DNA of 62,396 bases, filler included, from Chiloscyllium plagiosum (lineage: Eukaryota): assembly GCF_004010195.1 (NCBI RefSeq). It is 3 parts of one record of this genome, joined end to end, with 100 filler letters (N's around TTAATTAATTAA, not from the genome) between each part and the next. Parts side by side here need not be neighbours in the genome. Positions count along the whole stretch, not along the records: positions 1 to 26,933 come from NC_057710.1; 2 more parts are not named here. One strand, 5' to 3'. A model generated the notes under the pieces. It ran no database searches. It saw only the letters and a program-made list of their open reading frames with translations, and had not been told where the DNA came from. Positions within the stretch are counted from its first letter, which is position 1. Every line of letters starts with the position of its first letter. Below are positions 12,560-23,372 of this stretch, piece after piece. The translations under genes and the position numbers were made by a program.

Positions 12560-13275
12560 GGCATCTCTTTTTGTTTCTCTCACTATCTCTGTAGTGGAAT
12601 TTCTCTGTCTTTCTCCCACTGTGGGTGGATTTCTCTCTCTCCCTCTCTCCATGCTCTCTCAGTGGATACTCTCCATCTTTCACTTTCACGCTGTGCCTGT
12701 GAGTAAACTGCTCCTCTGTTGCTCTCTGGTTGGATTCCCTCTCACATTCTCTCTCTGTGGGGCAACTCTCTCACTGTGGATTCTCTTTCTCTCATTCCTC
12801 CTCTTTCTGTGGATACATTGTCTGACACCTCTCTCGATTTACTGTCCTTGTGTGTGTGTGTTTAGTGCTTGTGGATTATGTGTTGTGTGTATATGTGTGT
12901 GTGGATTATGTGTTGAGTGTATATGTCTGTGGATCATGTGTTGATTGTGTGTGTGTGTGTGGATCCTGTGCATGTGTGGATTCTGTGCGTGTATGAGAGA
13001 CTGTGTAGATTATGTGTGAGAGTGTGTGTGTATGTGTGAGGGAGTGTGTGCGTTTATGGATTCTGTACGTGTGTGGATTGTGTTTGTATGTGAGAGTGTA
13101 TGTGTTGTGTGAGAGAGTGTGTGTATGGATCCTGTATGTGTGTGTGAGAGAGAGGAAGAGTGAGTGAGTGTGTGTGTATGAATGTATGTGCGTGTTTTTG
13201 TGTGAGAGAGCGTGTGTGTATGGATTGTGTGTGTGTGTCTTTGTGTGTATGAAAAGGAGAAAGTGTGTGTGTGTA
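12560..13275. repeat. Low-complexity CT-rich then TG/GA-rich degenerate microsatellite
   Basis: Recurrent TGTGGAT units in (CT)n and (TG)n context. It accounts for the spurious HT-rich ORFs. Confidence 0.85.
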
Positions 13276-13292
13276 TTTGGGGATGGATTTTC

Positions 13293-13447
13293 TTTCTGTG
13301 TTACGATCGAGCCCTCCACTATCACCTGATGAAGGAGCGTCGCTCCGAAAGCTAGTGTGCTTCCAATTAAACCTGTTGGACTATAACCTGGTGCTGTGTG
13401 ATTTTTAACTTTGTACACCCCAGTCCAACACCGGCATCTCCAAATCA
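13293..13447 (+). mobile_element. Penelope-like family C terminal repeat
   Basis: Related copies at about 27375-27478, 56590-56730, 61747-61805 and 62165-62288. Contains a hammerhead core. Confidence 0.8.
13323..13357 (+). ncRNA. Minimal type I hammerhead ribozyme motif
   Basis: CAC-CTGATGA-A-GGAGC gtc GCTCC-GAAA-GC-TA-GTG: perfect 5-bp stem II, 3-bp stem I and palindromic AGCU stem III. Confidence 0.7.
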
Positions 13448-13500
13448 TTTCTTCGTGTCGTTCTCCTTCTCTGTGAGGAGCACTAATATTCCAGCCTTAA

Positions 13501-13554
13501 CCAATCAGCTTCTGTGGTTTGGTGAGTACCATGTCAGAGGCGGTGGGTATAAAT
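13501..13554 (+). promoter_or_regulatory. Putative Pol II core promoter of the LRAT-like gene
   Basis: CCAATCAG at 13501, GC-box-like GAGGCGGTGG at about 13537 and TATAAAT at 13548-13554, in canonical order, about 175 bp upstream of the ATG. Confidence 0.55.
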
Positions 13555-13727
13555 GATACGGGGAGGATGGAACTGAGAGAGAGAGCGCAGAGAGTGAGGG
13601 AAAGGCAGGGACTGTCAGGGAGTTGTGTGTGTGCGCGGTCAGGGACTGGGTGGCTGGGGCTGGGGGAGTACCCAGCGTGTGAGCACTCAGAGCAGAGACT
13701 GAGGGGACAGAGAGAGAGAGAGGGGGA

Positions 13728-14183
13728 ATGGCCTCTGACCGGGACAGTTACGCTAACTGGTGCGAGCCCTCCTCCCTGAAGCGGGGTGACTTGCTGGAGG
13801 TATCCCGCACTCTCTTCACGCACTATGGGATTTATCTGGGAGGAGAGAAGGTGGCTCACCTGATGCCCGACATCCTGCCCTTGTTAACCGATGACCAGAA
13901 GCTGATCCGGGAGGTGGTGACCAACCAGCGCCTGGTCCTGGGCGTTATCTGCAGGATGGCGAGTATCCGGGTGGACTCGGTGGAGGATTTTGCTTATGGA
14001 GCCATTGTCCTGGTGAACCATATGGACTCGGTGTGCAAGAACCCCGTGCTTCCCGGGGAAGAGGTAGCGAGGAGAGCAGAGAAACTGGTGGGAAGCACAG
14101 AGTACAGCCTGCTGTGGAACAACTGTGAACATTTTGTCACTCACTGTAGATACGGCACTGCAGTCAGCATCCAGACCGACAAG
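13728..14183 (+). CDS. LRAT: Lecithin retinol acyltransferase family, main coding exon (152 codons; unspliced ORF runs to 14210)
   Basis: [54 protein letters not shown] and [18 protein letters not shown]. Donor AAG|GTACAG follows TDK, where LRAT has its coding intron. Ortholog versus paralog is unresolved. Confidence 0.93.
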
Positions 14184-15121
14184 GTACAGTTTCCAGTACA
14201 CCCTGCCTGAGGCGTTAGCCTTTACGGAGCCTCTTTTTAATATAAAATGCATTTTCATTTTCTGCAATCTTACTAACCCCTTCAGCCTACTTTATTTCCA
14301 TCTGTGCCTGTCGTTTTGTTTTTAACATCAATTCAGATGGTTTGCCTATTCAGAGTTTGTGGTTCAGGGAATCAATAACTGCGTATTCTCTCTGCAGTTA
14401 ACTCCGGACTCGCTCTTCAAATAATATTTAATGATTTGCAAATGCTTTGGATTTAAATCCAAACCCTTAAAATAAATGGCTTCTAAAAGTACCCTGGGAT
14501 GTTCTCATGATTAGTAACAGACCAGAACTGCCCGGTCTTCTATCTTTTCCCTGAAAGACCAGCAGCAGGGACTCAGGCCAGTGCAAGCACATGGTCTCGG
14601 GCTCGCTTTGGACACTAGACCCTGCAACAGGAACTAGCAAAGGCATTGGAGAAGGCGAGTAACAACATCAGCGGCGGGTCTGCAGTCCTCTCACGTGAGT
14701 ACACGTTGTTTTCCAGCAAAGCACACAACTTGCCAGAGCAGATAATTGAGCCCAGCCAGTGGTTTGCAAAATAACTTCCAGCGATTAGCTGCGTTAAGCG
14801 ACCGTGTTGGTGATCGCTGTTGATCCTTCAGAAACAAGACTTGAATTGTTCGGAATCGGTCATGGTAGGGAAATAGAGAGAAATAAAAATAATCGATTCG
14901 ACCTTTAAGTACACAGCGTGCCGTGGGATTCTGGTGGAGATTGTATCCGATTGGGAGAAAGCGGTATTGAGCTGAAACCACAATGAACGCGATTCTCCTG
15001 CCCTCGTTTTCCACGTTTCTGTGTTACCTGACCCGTCCGTCAAGTTTTAACTCTGCTCTTCTGTTGAATAAAAGCGTCTGTTGAATGGGTCTGTTCCATT
15101 TTCTCATAACCCCAGAGGAAT

Positions 15122-15865
15122 AAAGAGTCACACAGCACGGAAACAGACCCTTCGGTCCAACCAGTCCATGCCAACCATAATCCCAAACTAAACTCGTCCC
15201 ACCTGTCTACTCCTGACCCATATCCCTCCAAACTTTTCCTATTCATGAACTTATATTTATGCACATCCACCACTTCCTAAGGAAGTTCATTGCAAACTTA
15301 AACCACCCTCTTTAAAACAAAATGTCCCTCATGCCTTTTTTAAAATCTCTCTTCCTCACCCTAATGTGCCCCTAGTCTTGAAATCCCCCATCCTAGGGAA
15401 AAGATACCTACCACTAATATTATCTATACCCCTCATTTTTATAAACCTCTTTAAGGTCACCTGTCAATCTCCTACGCGCCAGTGAAACATCTTCCAGCCT
15501 ATCCAGCCTTTCTTTGTAACTCAATCCTTCCATACCCAGCAACATCCTAGTAAATCTCTTCTGACCCCTCTCCAGATTGATAATATCCTTCCTATAACTG
15601 GGCGACTAGAACTGTACACAATACTTCACAACATAAAATCTCAACATAAGTTTCCAATTCCTATATTCAAAGGACTGAGCAATGAAGGCAAGTGTGCTAT
15701 CCATCTTTTTAACCACTTTGTCTGTATGTGACACAAACTACAAAGAATTATGTACCTGAACCCTTAGGTTTCTCTGTTCTACAACACTGCCCAAAGGCCT
15801 ACCTTAATTGTATAAATCCTACCTTTTTTTAACCAACATGCAATACCTCGCATTTATCCAGTTTG
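15122..15865 (-). mobile_element. CR1/HER1 3' fragment
   Basis: 3' UTR tail and decayed ORF2 C-terminus. Confidence 0.8.
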
Positions 15866-16159
15866 AATAAAGTACAGTTTTGTAACATGACCATCCCCAG
15901 AACAGGATATTGATATCAATGCAATGCCTCCAGCCAACCTCTGATCTAGCAATAATCTGGAGCTCACTTTATTGAAATCAAGCATTATGCTGAAGCAGCA
16001 CAATCACAGGCTCTGAATTCAACAACTATTACCTAGGAGATACATATATGTAGCATACAATACAAGCACTCGGTCCAACCACTCACTCTATGGAGGTATT
16101 TATGCTCTGTTTCAGCTTCCTCTATCGTTCTTCATCTAAATCAATTATTGCAACTTCAA

Positions 16160-16445
16160 CTCTTTTATTGCAAAAATATACTTCATTCATAAATTATCAG
16201 TAAGTACGTACAAAGGTTCAAAGCAGAAACTTTGCAGAAAAATGTACTGTAGAATTTGACATTCCTCATCCTGTTGCAAACAAAGGCATTTTCTAGTTAT
16301 GAAAGAAAGCTATTTACATTCCCATTAAGGTAACAAGGGGGCCTCAGAGCTTAACAGACCCTTGTTGTATTTTGGCAGAAAGACGATAGATGGTGGTCCT
16401 TCCCAATTGCAGCAGCTGCCCCAAGCTTTATTGTAGCTTCAATAT
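16160..16445 (-). mobile_element. Probable Tx1/L1-clade LINE 3' end remnant
   Basis: The minus strand gives a KLGAAA..GKDH-like end and an AATGAAGTATATTTTTGCAATAAAA tail. Confidence 0.45.
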
Positions 16446-16465
16446 GCTTGTCTAAAGTCTCCTTA

Positions 16466-17605
16466 CATAGAACATAGAACGATACAGTGCAGTACAGGCC
16501 CTTTGGCCCTCGATGTTGCACCAGCCTGCAAAATTAATCTGATACCCATCTAACCTACACCATTTTATTATTATCCATATGTATTTCCAATGTCCATTTA
16601 AATGCCCTTAACGTCGGCAAGTCTACTACAGTTGCAGGCAGGCCGCTCCACACCCCTACTACTCTCTGAGTAAAGAAACTACCCCTGATATCTATCCTAA
16701 ATCTATCACCCCTCAATTTAAAACTATTTCCCCTCATTTTAGCCTTCACCATCCGAGGAAAAAGGCTCTCACTGTCCACCCTATCTAACCCTCTGATTAT
16801 CTTGCACATCTCGATTAAGTCACTTCTTAACCTTCTTCTCTCCAACGAAAACAGCCTCAACCTTTTTTCATAAGATCTTCCTTCCATACCAGGCAACATC
16901 CTAGTAAATCTCCTCTGAGCCCTTTCCAAAACTTCCACATCCTCCTATAATGTGGTGACCGGAACTGCACACAATACTCCAGGTGTGGCCTTACCAATGT
17001 CTTGTCCAGCTGAAGCATGACCTCATGGCTCCGAATCTCAATCCCCCTACCAATAAGCACCAGCACACCATATGCCTTCTTAACAATCCTATCAACCTGG
17101 GTGGCAGCTTTCAGGGATTTATGCACCTGGACACTGAGATATCTCTGTTCATCCACACTGCCAATAATTTTACCTTTAGCCGAGTACTCTGCATTCCTGT
17201 TACTTCTTCCGAAACCTCACACGTTTCTGCATTAAACTCCATTTGCCACTTCTCAGCCCAGCTCTGCATCTTATCTACGTCCCTCTGTAACCCACAACAT
17301 CCTTCAGCACTGTCTACAACTCTGCCTACCTTAGTGTCATCTACAAATTTACTAACCCATCCTTCTATGCCCACATCCAGATCATTTATATACATGACAA
17401 ACAGCAGGGCCCCAAAACAGAGCCTTGCGACACACCACTAGTAACTGAGCTCCAGGATGAACATTTCCCATCAACCACCACCCTCTGTCTTCTTTCAGCT
17501 AGCTAATTTTTGATCCAAATACTAAATCACCTTCAATTCCAAGATCCCTTATTTTGTGCAATAGCTAACCGTGTGGAAAATTATCAAACACCTTACTGAA
17601 GTCCG
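16466..17605 (-). mobile_element. CR1 LINE ORF2 RT fragment and 3' UTR
   Basis: YINDLD...SKFVDDTK, LVRPHLEYCVQF and LERAQRRFTRM motifs, with a (CATAGAA)n tail. Confidence 0.92.
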
Positions 17606-18039
17606 CTGTACTATTCACTTCAAATGCTCTCTGTGATAGTGAGATCCACATTCTCATCACTCATTGGGTGACTGCAATTCCTGATGACTATCTTATATTG
17701 ATGACATGCTGTTCCTCACAAAAGGAAACATTCTCTCTGTATCCACACTATGAAACCTTTCACCATTTTCATGACCTCTAATCGGTCTCTCCAGTGTTTT
17801 TGAGAGGATAGAGCCAGCTGATCTGACCCTTTCTGACATGAATGCATTTGCATTTCTGATGTAACCCTTGTAAATTTTCTCTGTACCTCCTTTCTAACAT
17901 GTCAAGTAGAATTGCAGGCAGCATAGTGAGTGGGCTCTAACTAAGTTTCTATCCAGGTTTAGTTTAACTGCCTACATTTCAATTCTACCAAAACAAAATT
18001 GCAAATTTACAATCGCCAACAGCTTTAAAACCAATTAAG

Positions 18040-18280
18040 TATCTTTTCTGAAGATTAGCCACTCTTCTAATGTAGGAAACAGTAGATTCCCAGAAACTGT
18101 AACCTGATAATGGCCAGGTAACTTTATGTTTCGTGGTGTTGATCATCAGTGTTGGCCAGGATGCTGGAACTACCTCCCAGGTTCATGGTGAAATAGTGTT
18201 CTGGGTAGGCAGATGGGGAATTGGTTTAGCATCCAGCTGAAAGACAGCACACCTGAGAATGCAATACTCCCTCTGTATCT
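18040..18280 (-). mobile_element. Ancient Deu-domain SINE remnant (SacSINE1/AmnSINE1-like)
   Basis: GTTTAGCATCCAGCTGAAAGACAGCACACCTGAGAATGCAATACTCCCTC resembles the reverse complement of the Deu-domain core. Matches the copy at about 51650-51830. Confidence 0.55.
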
Positions 18281-19152
18281 TATAGAAATCGAAGGGAGGC
18301 CTTTAAATAATCTAGAAGAGCCTGTTCCTAAAAGCCATACAAATGAAAATTTGTTCCACACAAGTCAACCACTTGTGTTTTCTCACTTGATAATCCCTTT
18401 AGTGTTCCTTGCTTGGAGAGAATTTTCAATGTTAGAATTTGATAGCTTGTTAGAATTTCTGCTTCTTACAGTGATTATCATTGCGTCATAATTTGTTTTC
18501 GTTATTTCTGAATTGCCTTTGGGACTTTCTTGTGCATTGTGTATTCCAGTGCATTGCCTTTTCCCAGAACAATCTGTTTACTGCTTCCCAGATAGGAAAC
18601 TCATTTTTAACTTGCAAATTCCTTCGACATTTACACTAGGGAGAAAGTTGTGATAATTGCATGTGACACTTGCTCACATCTGAAGTGACTTTCCTTGTTC
18701 ATCTCAGAATCAAGTATGCTGTTTCCTGAAATTAAAAGTGCAGAAAAGTTACATTGGAGATACCATTTTGTCTTTGGCTATAATCACAACATTACATAGT
18801 ACTGATTGGGCTTCCCAAGACATACTTGAATATAATTTTCAGAACTATCTTTCATACAATAACTCATCCAACAAGTGATCAGAATTTTTTTTTGTCAGCA
18901 AGAACACATAATAGAAAGACAGCAGCAGTATTTTTCTGTTTCTTATTCAGAAGCCGTTTTAAAATATATAGAGAGACCCATTCATCCGCATGGACCTGTC
19001 CAGACTCCAAGCAGCAGGTTTTTTTGCATTAGGAGAATAGAAAAAGATATATAGGGTTGAAAGAATTGAATCATGCAAGTGAATACCATAGAAATAGCCA
19101 CAATTCCTTCAATTTGTGGTAATCCATAGCTTTACCATTATTTGACAGACAC

Positions 19153-19606
19153 CAGGGTTAGAGGATTTGAACTATAGGGAGAGGTTGAATAGGCTGGGGC
19201 TGTTTTCCCTGCAGCATCAAAGGCTGAAGGGTGACCTTATAGAGGTTTATAAAATCATGAGGGGCATGGATAGGATAAATAGACAAAGTCTCTTCCCTGG
19301 GGTTGGGAAGTCTAGAACTAGAGGGCATAGGTTTAGGATGAGAGGGGAAAGATATAAAAGAGACCTAAGGGGCAACTTTTTCACGCAGTGGGTGGTATGT
19401 GTAATGAATGAGCTGCCAGAGGAAATGGTGGAGGCTGGTACAATTGGAACATTTAATAGGCATTTGGATGGGTATATGAATAGGAAGGGTTTGGAGGGAA
19501 TTGGGCCAGGTGCTGACAGGTGGGATTAGATTGGGTTGGGATATCTGGTCGGCATGGACGGGTTGGACTGAAGGGTCTGTTTCCGTGCTGTACATCTCTA
19601 TGACTC
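19153..19606 (+). mobile_element. CR1/HER1 3' fragment
   Basis: ORF 19167-19529 has YRERLNRLGLFSL...RTRGH...FFTQ. Tail ends CTCTATGACTC. Confidence 0.92.
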
Positions 19607-19937
19607 CAAGAAGCAAAGTGGCCAGTGATTAATGACCATATTGAGTTACTGTTTACTGACACCAGAGAAACCCATAGACTATCATGGAACACAGATTGTA
19701 GCCTGCATCTCTACCCAAATTCCGCAGCACCATACTATTTTCATGCAAAAATAGATATCCCAAGGTGATTCCAAAGTCTTTCATCTATTGCTTTATTCCA
19801 CGCCAGCAAGGACTGGTCATGGGCCGAGAAAGTAATCTCAACTCTTGGAGGAGGAAGTCTGAGCTGCAGGTGAATATATAGTTTTGAAACTCAAGTCAAA
19901 TATTGATGCGACTTTAATCTATAACTCAGTTCATGTG

Positions 19938-20280
19938 AGAAGGTGATGTCCGAGTGGTATTATCGCTAGACTATTAGTCCAGAAACTCCGCTAACATTCT
20001 GGGGACCTAGTTTCATATCCCATCATGGCAGATGGTGGAATTTGATTTCACGAAGGGATCTGGAATTAAAGGTCAAATGATAACTATGAAAACATCGTTA
20101 ACTATTGGGAAGAAAAGCATTTGGTTCACTAATGTCCTTTAAGGAAGAACTCTGTTGTCTTTGTCTGATCTACATATGACTCCAGACCTACAACAATTTG
20201 GTGACTCTTAATTAGGCAATTAGGGATGGGCAATAAATGCTGGCCTAGCCAGAAATGCCCACATCCTGAGTGAATAAAAT
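19938..20280 (+). mobile_element. tRNA-derived SINE sharing its head and tail with the old LINE at 8400-12549
   Basis: A-box-like TGTCCGAGTGG and B-box-like GTTTCATATCC. Tail GGCAATAAATGCTGGCC matches the reverse complement of about 9480-9510. Confidence 0.7.
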
Positions 20281-20764
20281 AATTTGTGACTTTGCTTTCT
20301 AATCGAGCTGTTTCAGAGTGTTTACATTAATAAGGGGTGATAACCTGTTTAGTGGTGAATTAACCTTGCATCAGTTTTGTTTGGGAAGTAAATGACAACA
20401 CCATATTCTATATAAATGTCCTGACAATCAAATAAGGCACTTAACAATATCCACTTGGTGTACGTCACAAACTCAGAACCCTTGCAATATTTTGTTAAAA
20501 TTACTTTTTTTAAAGTAGTGTCATGTTGGTTCGACATTAAAGAGTGAGATTCAACAAAGTCGGCAAAAATATTAGTTTCTTACTTGGAGGCAATTTGCTT
20601 TTGTTCTGGTGTGTTAATTCAATGCGGAGTACAGAAAAAACAGCTTCCAGAAGCTAGAAAGCTCTAAGAAAGGTGTAAGTGTGCACTTACTAATGAAGGG
20701 TAAGTATTAATTGTAACTTTACTATTAAATAAAATGTAAACTAAACAAAAATTACAATATTGTG

Positions 20765-20997
20765 AGTAGTGATTGTAACAAAGTCAGCCAGGTGGACCTC
20801 ATAGAATACGAGTTCCCTGATTGGTGCTGTTAATCAGGGAGCCCTGGCTGACAGATATAAATGACAGATATAGGAGTGTCAGAGGTTCTGTTCACTCAGA
20901 GCTGTCTCTGACAGAGCTGGATCAGTGTCAAGGACTTTCCACATGTAAATGAAGAGTGACTTGATGATGGGACACTAGCCTCTGTGTAGTTATTTTA
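20765..20997 (+). mobile_element. Solo LTR of the Gypsy family found at 29548
   Basis: Aligns along its whole length with 29548-29782 (GTGATTGTAA..GTCAGCC..GAGTTCCCTGATT..GCTGACAGATATAAA..GCCTCTGTG..GTTATTT). Confidence 0.85.
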
Positions 20998-21099
20998 CTA
21001 GCTGGACCTCCATTGACTTTCTTGAGTCTCCAATAAGTCTCTAAACCGTCAGATTGCGTGTGCAACATTGATTATATGGGAAAGACTAAAGCCATTGTC

Positions 21100-21860
21100 A
21101 TTTATTCCTGTTACAAAGATCATTCCCTATTCCCTATTCTCTGTCCTTTGGCAGTTGATTGAGGTTGAATCAAATTGTTCACAATCTTGGTGTCACTGTG
21201 TGCCATCACTATGGTCACCCATTTCCATTTCTGTTTCATCTCCCAACTCCACCTGTATTTCTGCAAATCTGCTACTGAAATGTCTTCATCTCTGTCTTTG
21301 TTACTTCCACACCTGAATATTTCCAGCTTTCCTGACCAGCTTTGCATATTCATCTTCAAGCACCTGGCCATCTTAAACTGTACTACTTTTGCCCATATTT
21401 GCACCAAGTCTTTTTCCCATTGCCCCTCTGGTCCCTGACCTACAGTGGCTCTCAGCTAAGAAACACCTATACTTCAAAGAAAATCACATCCTCATTTTTG
21501 AATCAGTGGAGCCTCCTCTCCATATCTGAAACATCCTCCAGACTGAAACCTTCAGGTATTTGTGCTTTTATAATTCTGACTTCTTGAAGATCCCTGATTT
21601 TTAACTGCTCCAGCATTGATACCAGTGCCTTTGGGTGTATAAGCCTTAATCTTTCGAGTTCCTCTCTACATTTCTTTGGCTCTTGACTTCACTTTCTTCC
21701 CTTTAAAAGTTTCTGGAAATGTATCTCTTTGACCAAACCTTTGTTCATCTGGCTAAAGTCTCCATATGCGGCTTTTCATCAAAGTTCACAAATGTTCCTG
21801 TGAAGTGGGCTGGGACATTTTACAATGTTAAGGGCAGGACATAAATAGAAATTGTTATTT
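21100..21860 (+). mobile_element. Highly decayed L2-like LINE 3' region
   Basis: Ends in CCTGTGAAG..TGGGACATTTTACAATGTTAAGGGC..ATAAATAGAAATTGTT, resembling L2 tails. Confidence 0.45.
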
Positions 21861-22710
21861 GTTTACATGTCTTTCAACGTTATAGTAGAAGCAAAATTTA
21901 TTGGTAAACAGGTAATTCGTTCAAGTAACTAAACATACAATGTTTTCAGTCGCTACTTTAAGGGAAGCATGCTTTTTAACAATATGTGAAAAGGTTAATG
22001 AACATTATTTAAATTAATGCAATGTAACATGAGGTCAGGACCTAATCAGCAGCAGCTACACCTGATTTTTTTAGTTAGGTCTTAACTAATTTTCATCAAA
22101 ATAATGGAAACTTTGTTCATCATTCCCTTTTCTGTTCTAAACTAATGTAAAAGCATTTTTTAGATTAATTTCTACAAAACTCAAAAGGTTGAATTCAAAA
22201 TGGGCACTTCTTTTAAGAAAAAGAATCAATTAATTAATTTTGAAATCCTTTATGAAATACATGTATATGTTCTTAAATCTTTGTGGCAGTACTGCATGCA
22301 ATAATTAAATTTTAACAAGATCCACAAAAAAGAATTGCATAGTTTCAAAATTAGGGGATAGGATTCTTCGGCTGGGATCTGTCCTGGTCCAGGGTTTCTG
22401 AGATGTTCTGGAGATTGGAGATATTGGCCGGGCGAGAGGGATCAGTTGTTGCAATGCTGACAATTCTCTATCGTCATTGTGCATTGTTAAACTTTGACCA
22501 GTCACCTCATGGCTAGATGCATTATGAGGGCTCCTCCGGATTTAAAATATTTATGACTGCATTTTTGAGTGCTGTTAACATCAAAGGAGCTGGTTTGTAT
22601 TACAGTAGTATGCAGTACTTCTAGCAATGCAAATAACCGGACCACAGAAGGACTCAGATTAAGAGTCCCACTTTTTGTTGTATAGTATCTTCTAATGAAA
22701 TACCCTGACA

Positions 22711-23031
22711 AGATTAGATTAGATTACAGTGTGGAAACAGGCCCTTCGGCCCAACAAGTCCACACCGACCCGCCGAAGCGCAACCCACCCATACCCCTAC
22801 ATTTGCCCCTTACCTAACACTACGGGCAATTTAGCATGGCCAATTCACCTGACCCGGCACATCTTTGGACTGTGGGAGGAAACCGGAGCACCCGGAGGAA
22901 ACCCACGCCGACACGGGGAGAACGTGCAAACTCCACACAGTCAGTCGCCTGAGGCGGGAATTGAACCCGGGTCTCTGGCGCTGCGAGGCAGCAGTGCTAA
23001 CCACTGTGCCACCGTGCCGCCCACCGTGCCG
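22711..23031 (-). mobile_element. Young full-length HE1-type SINE
   Basis: tRNA head (GGGCGGCACGGTGGCACAGTGGTTAGCAC, GGTTCAATTCC on minus), CpGs retained, CR1-type tail and (TAATC)n end. Confidence 0.9.
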
Positions 23032-23159
23032 ACAACTTGACTATTCAAGTGTTAACAACTGAAGTAACATTTTCTCTAACTCCTTCTATTGTGCAGGTTC
23101 AGCTTCACAGTCACTGGAAACCTTTCAGAATTTCTCCTGAGTAACTGTGATGTGATATA

Positions 23160-23372
23160 GCGAAAACAATGATGGAGATCACAGCAGGCCTGGCAGCATC
23201 CATGGAGAGAAAACCAGCTAATGTTTCAAGTCTAGATGACTCTAAGCTCTGACGAAGAGTCATCCAGTCTCGAAATGTTTGCTTGCACTCTCTCCACGGA
23301 TGCTGCCTGACCGCTGTGATCTCCAGCATCTTTTGTTTTCAATATAGATTCCAGCACCTGCAATAATTTGCT
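23160..23372. mobile_element. Palindromic PLE-derived element
   Basis: Inverted arms GGAGATCACAGC..GCAGCATCCATGGAGAG / CTCTCCACGGATGCTGCC..GCTGTGATCTCC around a CTGACGA...GAAA core. Confidence 0.65.

Noticed and set aside
12558..13448. 128-aa and 180-aa ORFs
   Set aside because: They are translations of CT and TG microsatellite, not genes.
13497..14267. Antisense and alternative-frame ORFs over the LRAT exon
   Set aside because: Shadow ORFs of GC-rich coding and UTR sequence with no recognisable motifs.
19810..19869. Exon-like GACTGGTCA (DWS...) ending AG|GTGAAT, resembling the start of the SLC2A9 TM1 exon
   Set aside because: The translation DWSWAEKVISTLGGGSLSC lacks the GSSF.YGYN motif and has the wrong length and phase.
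22950..23025. tRNA gene-like sequence
   Set aside because: It is the head of an HE1-type SINE, continuous with SINE body and LINE-derived tail.
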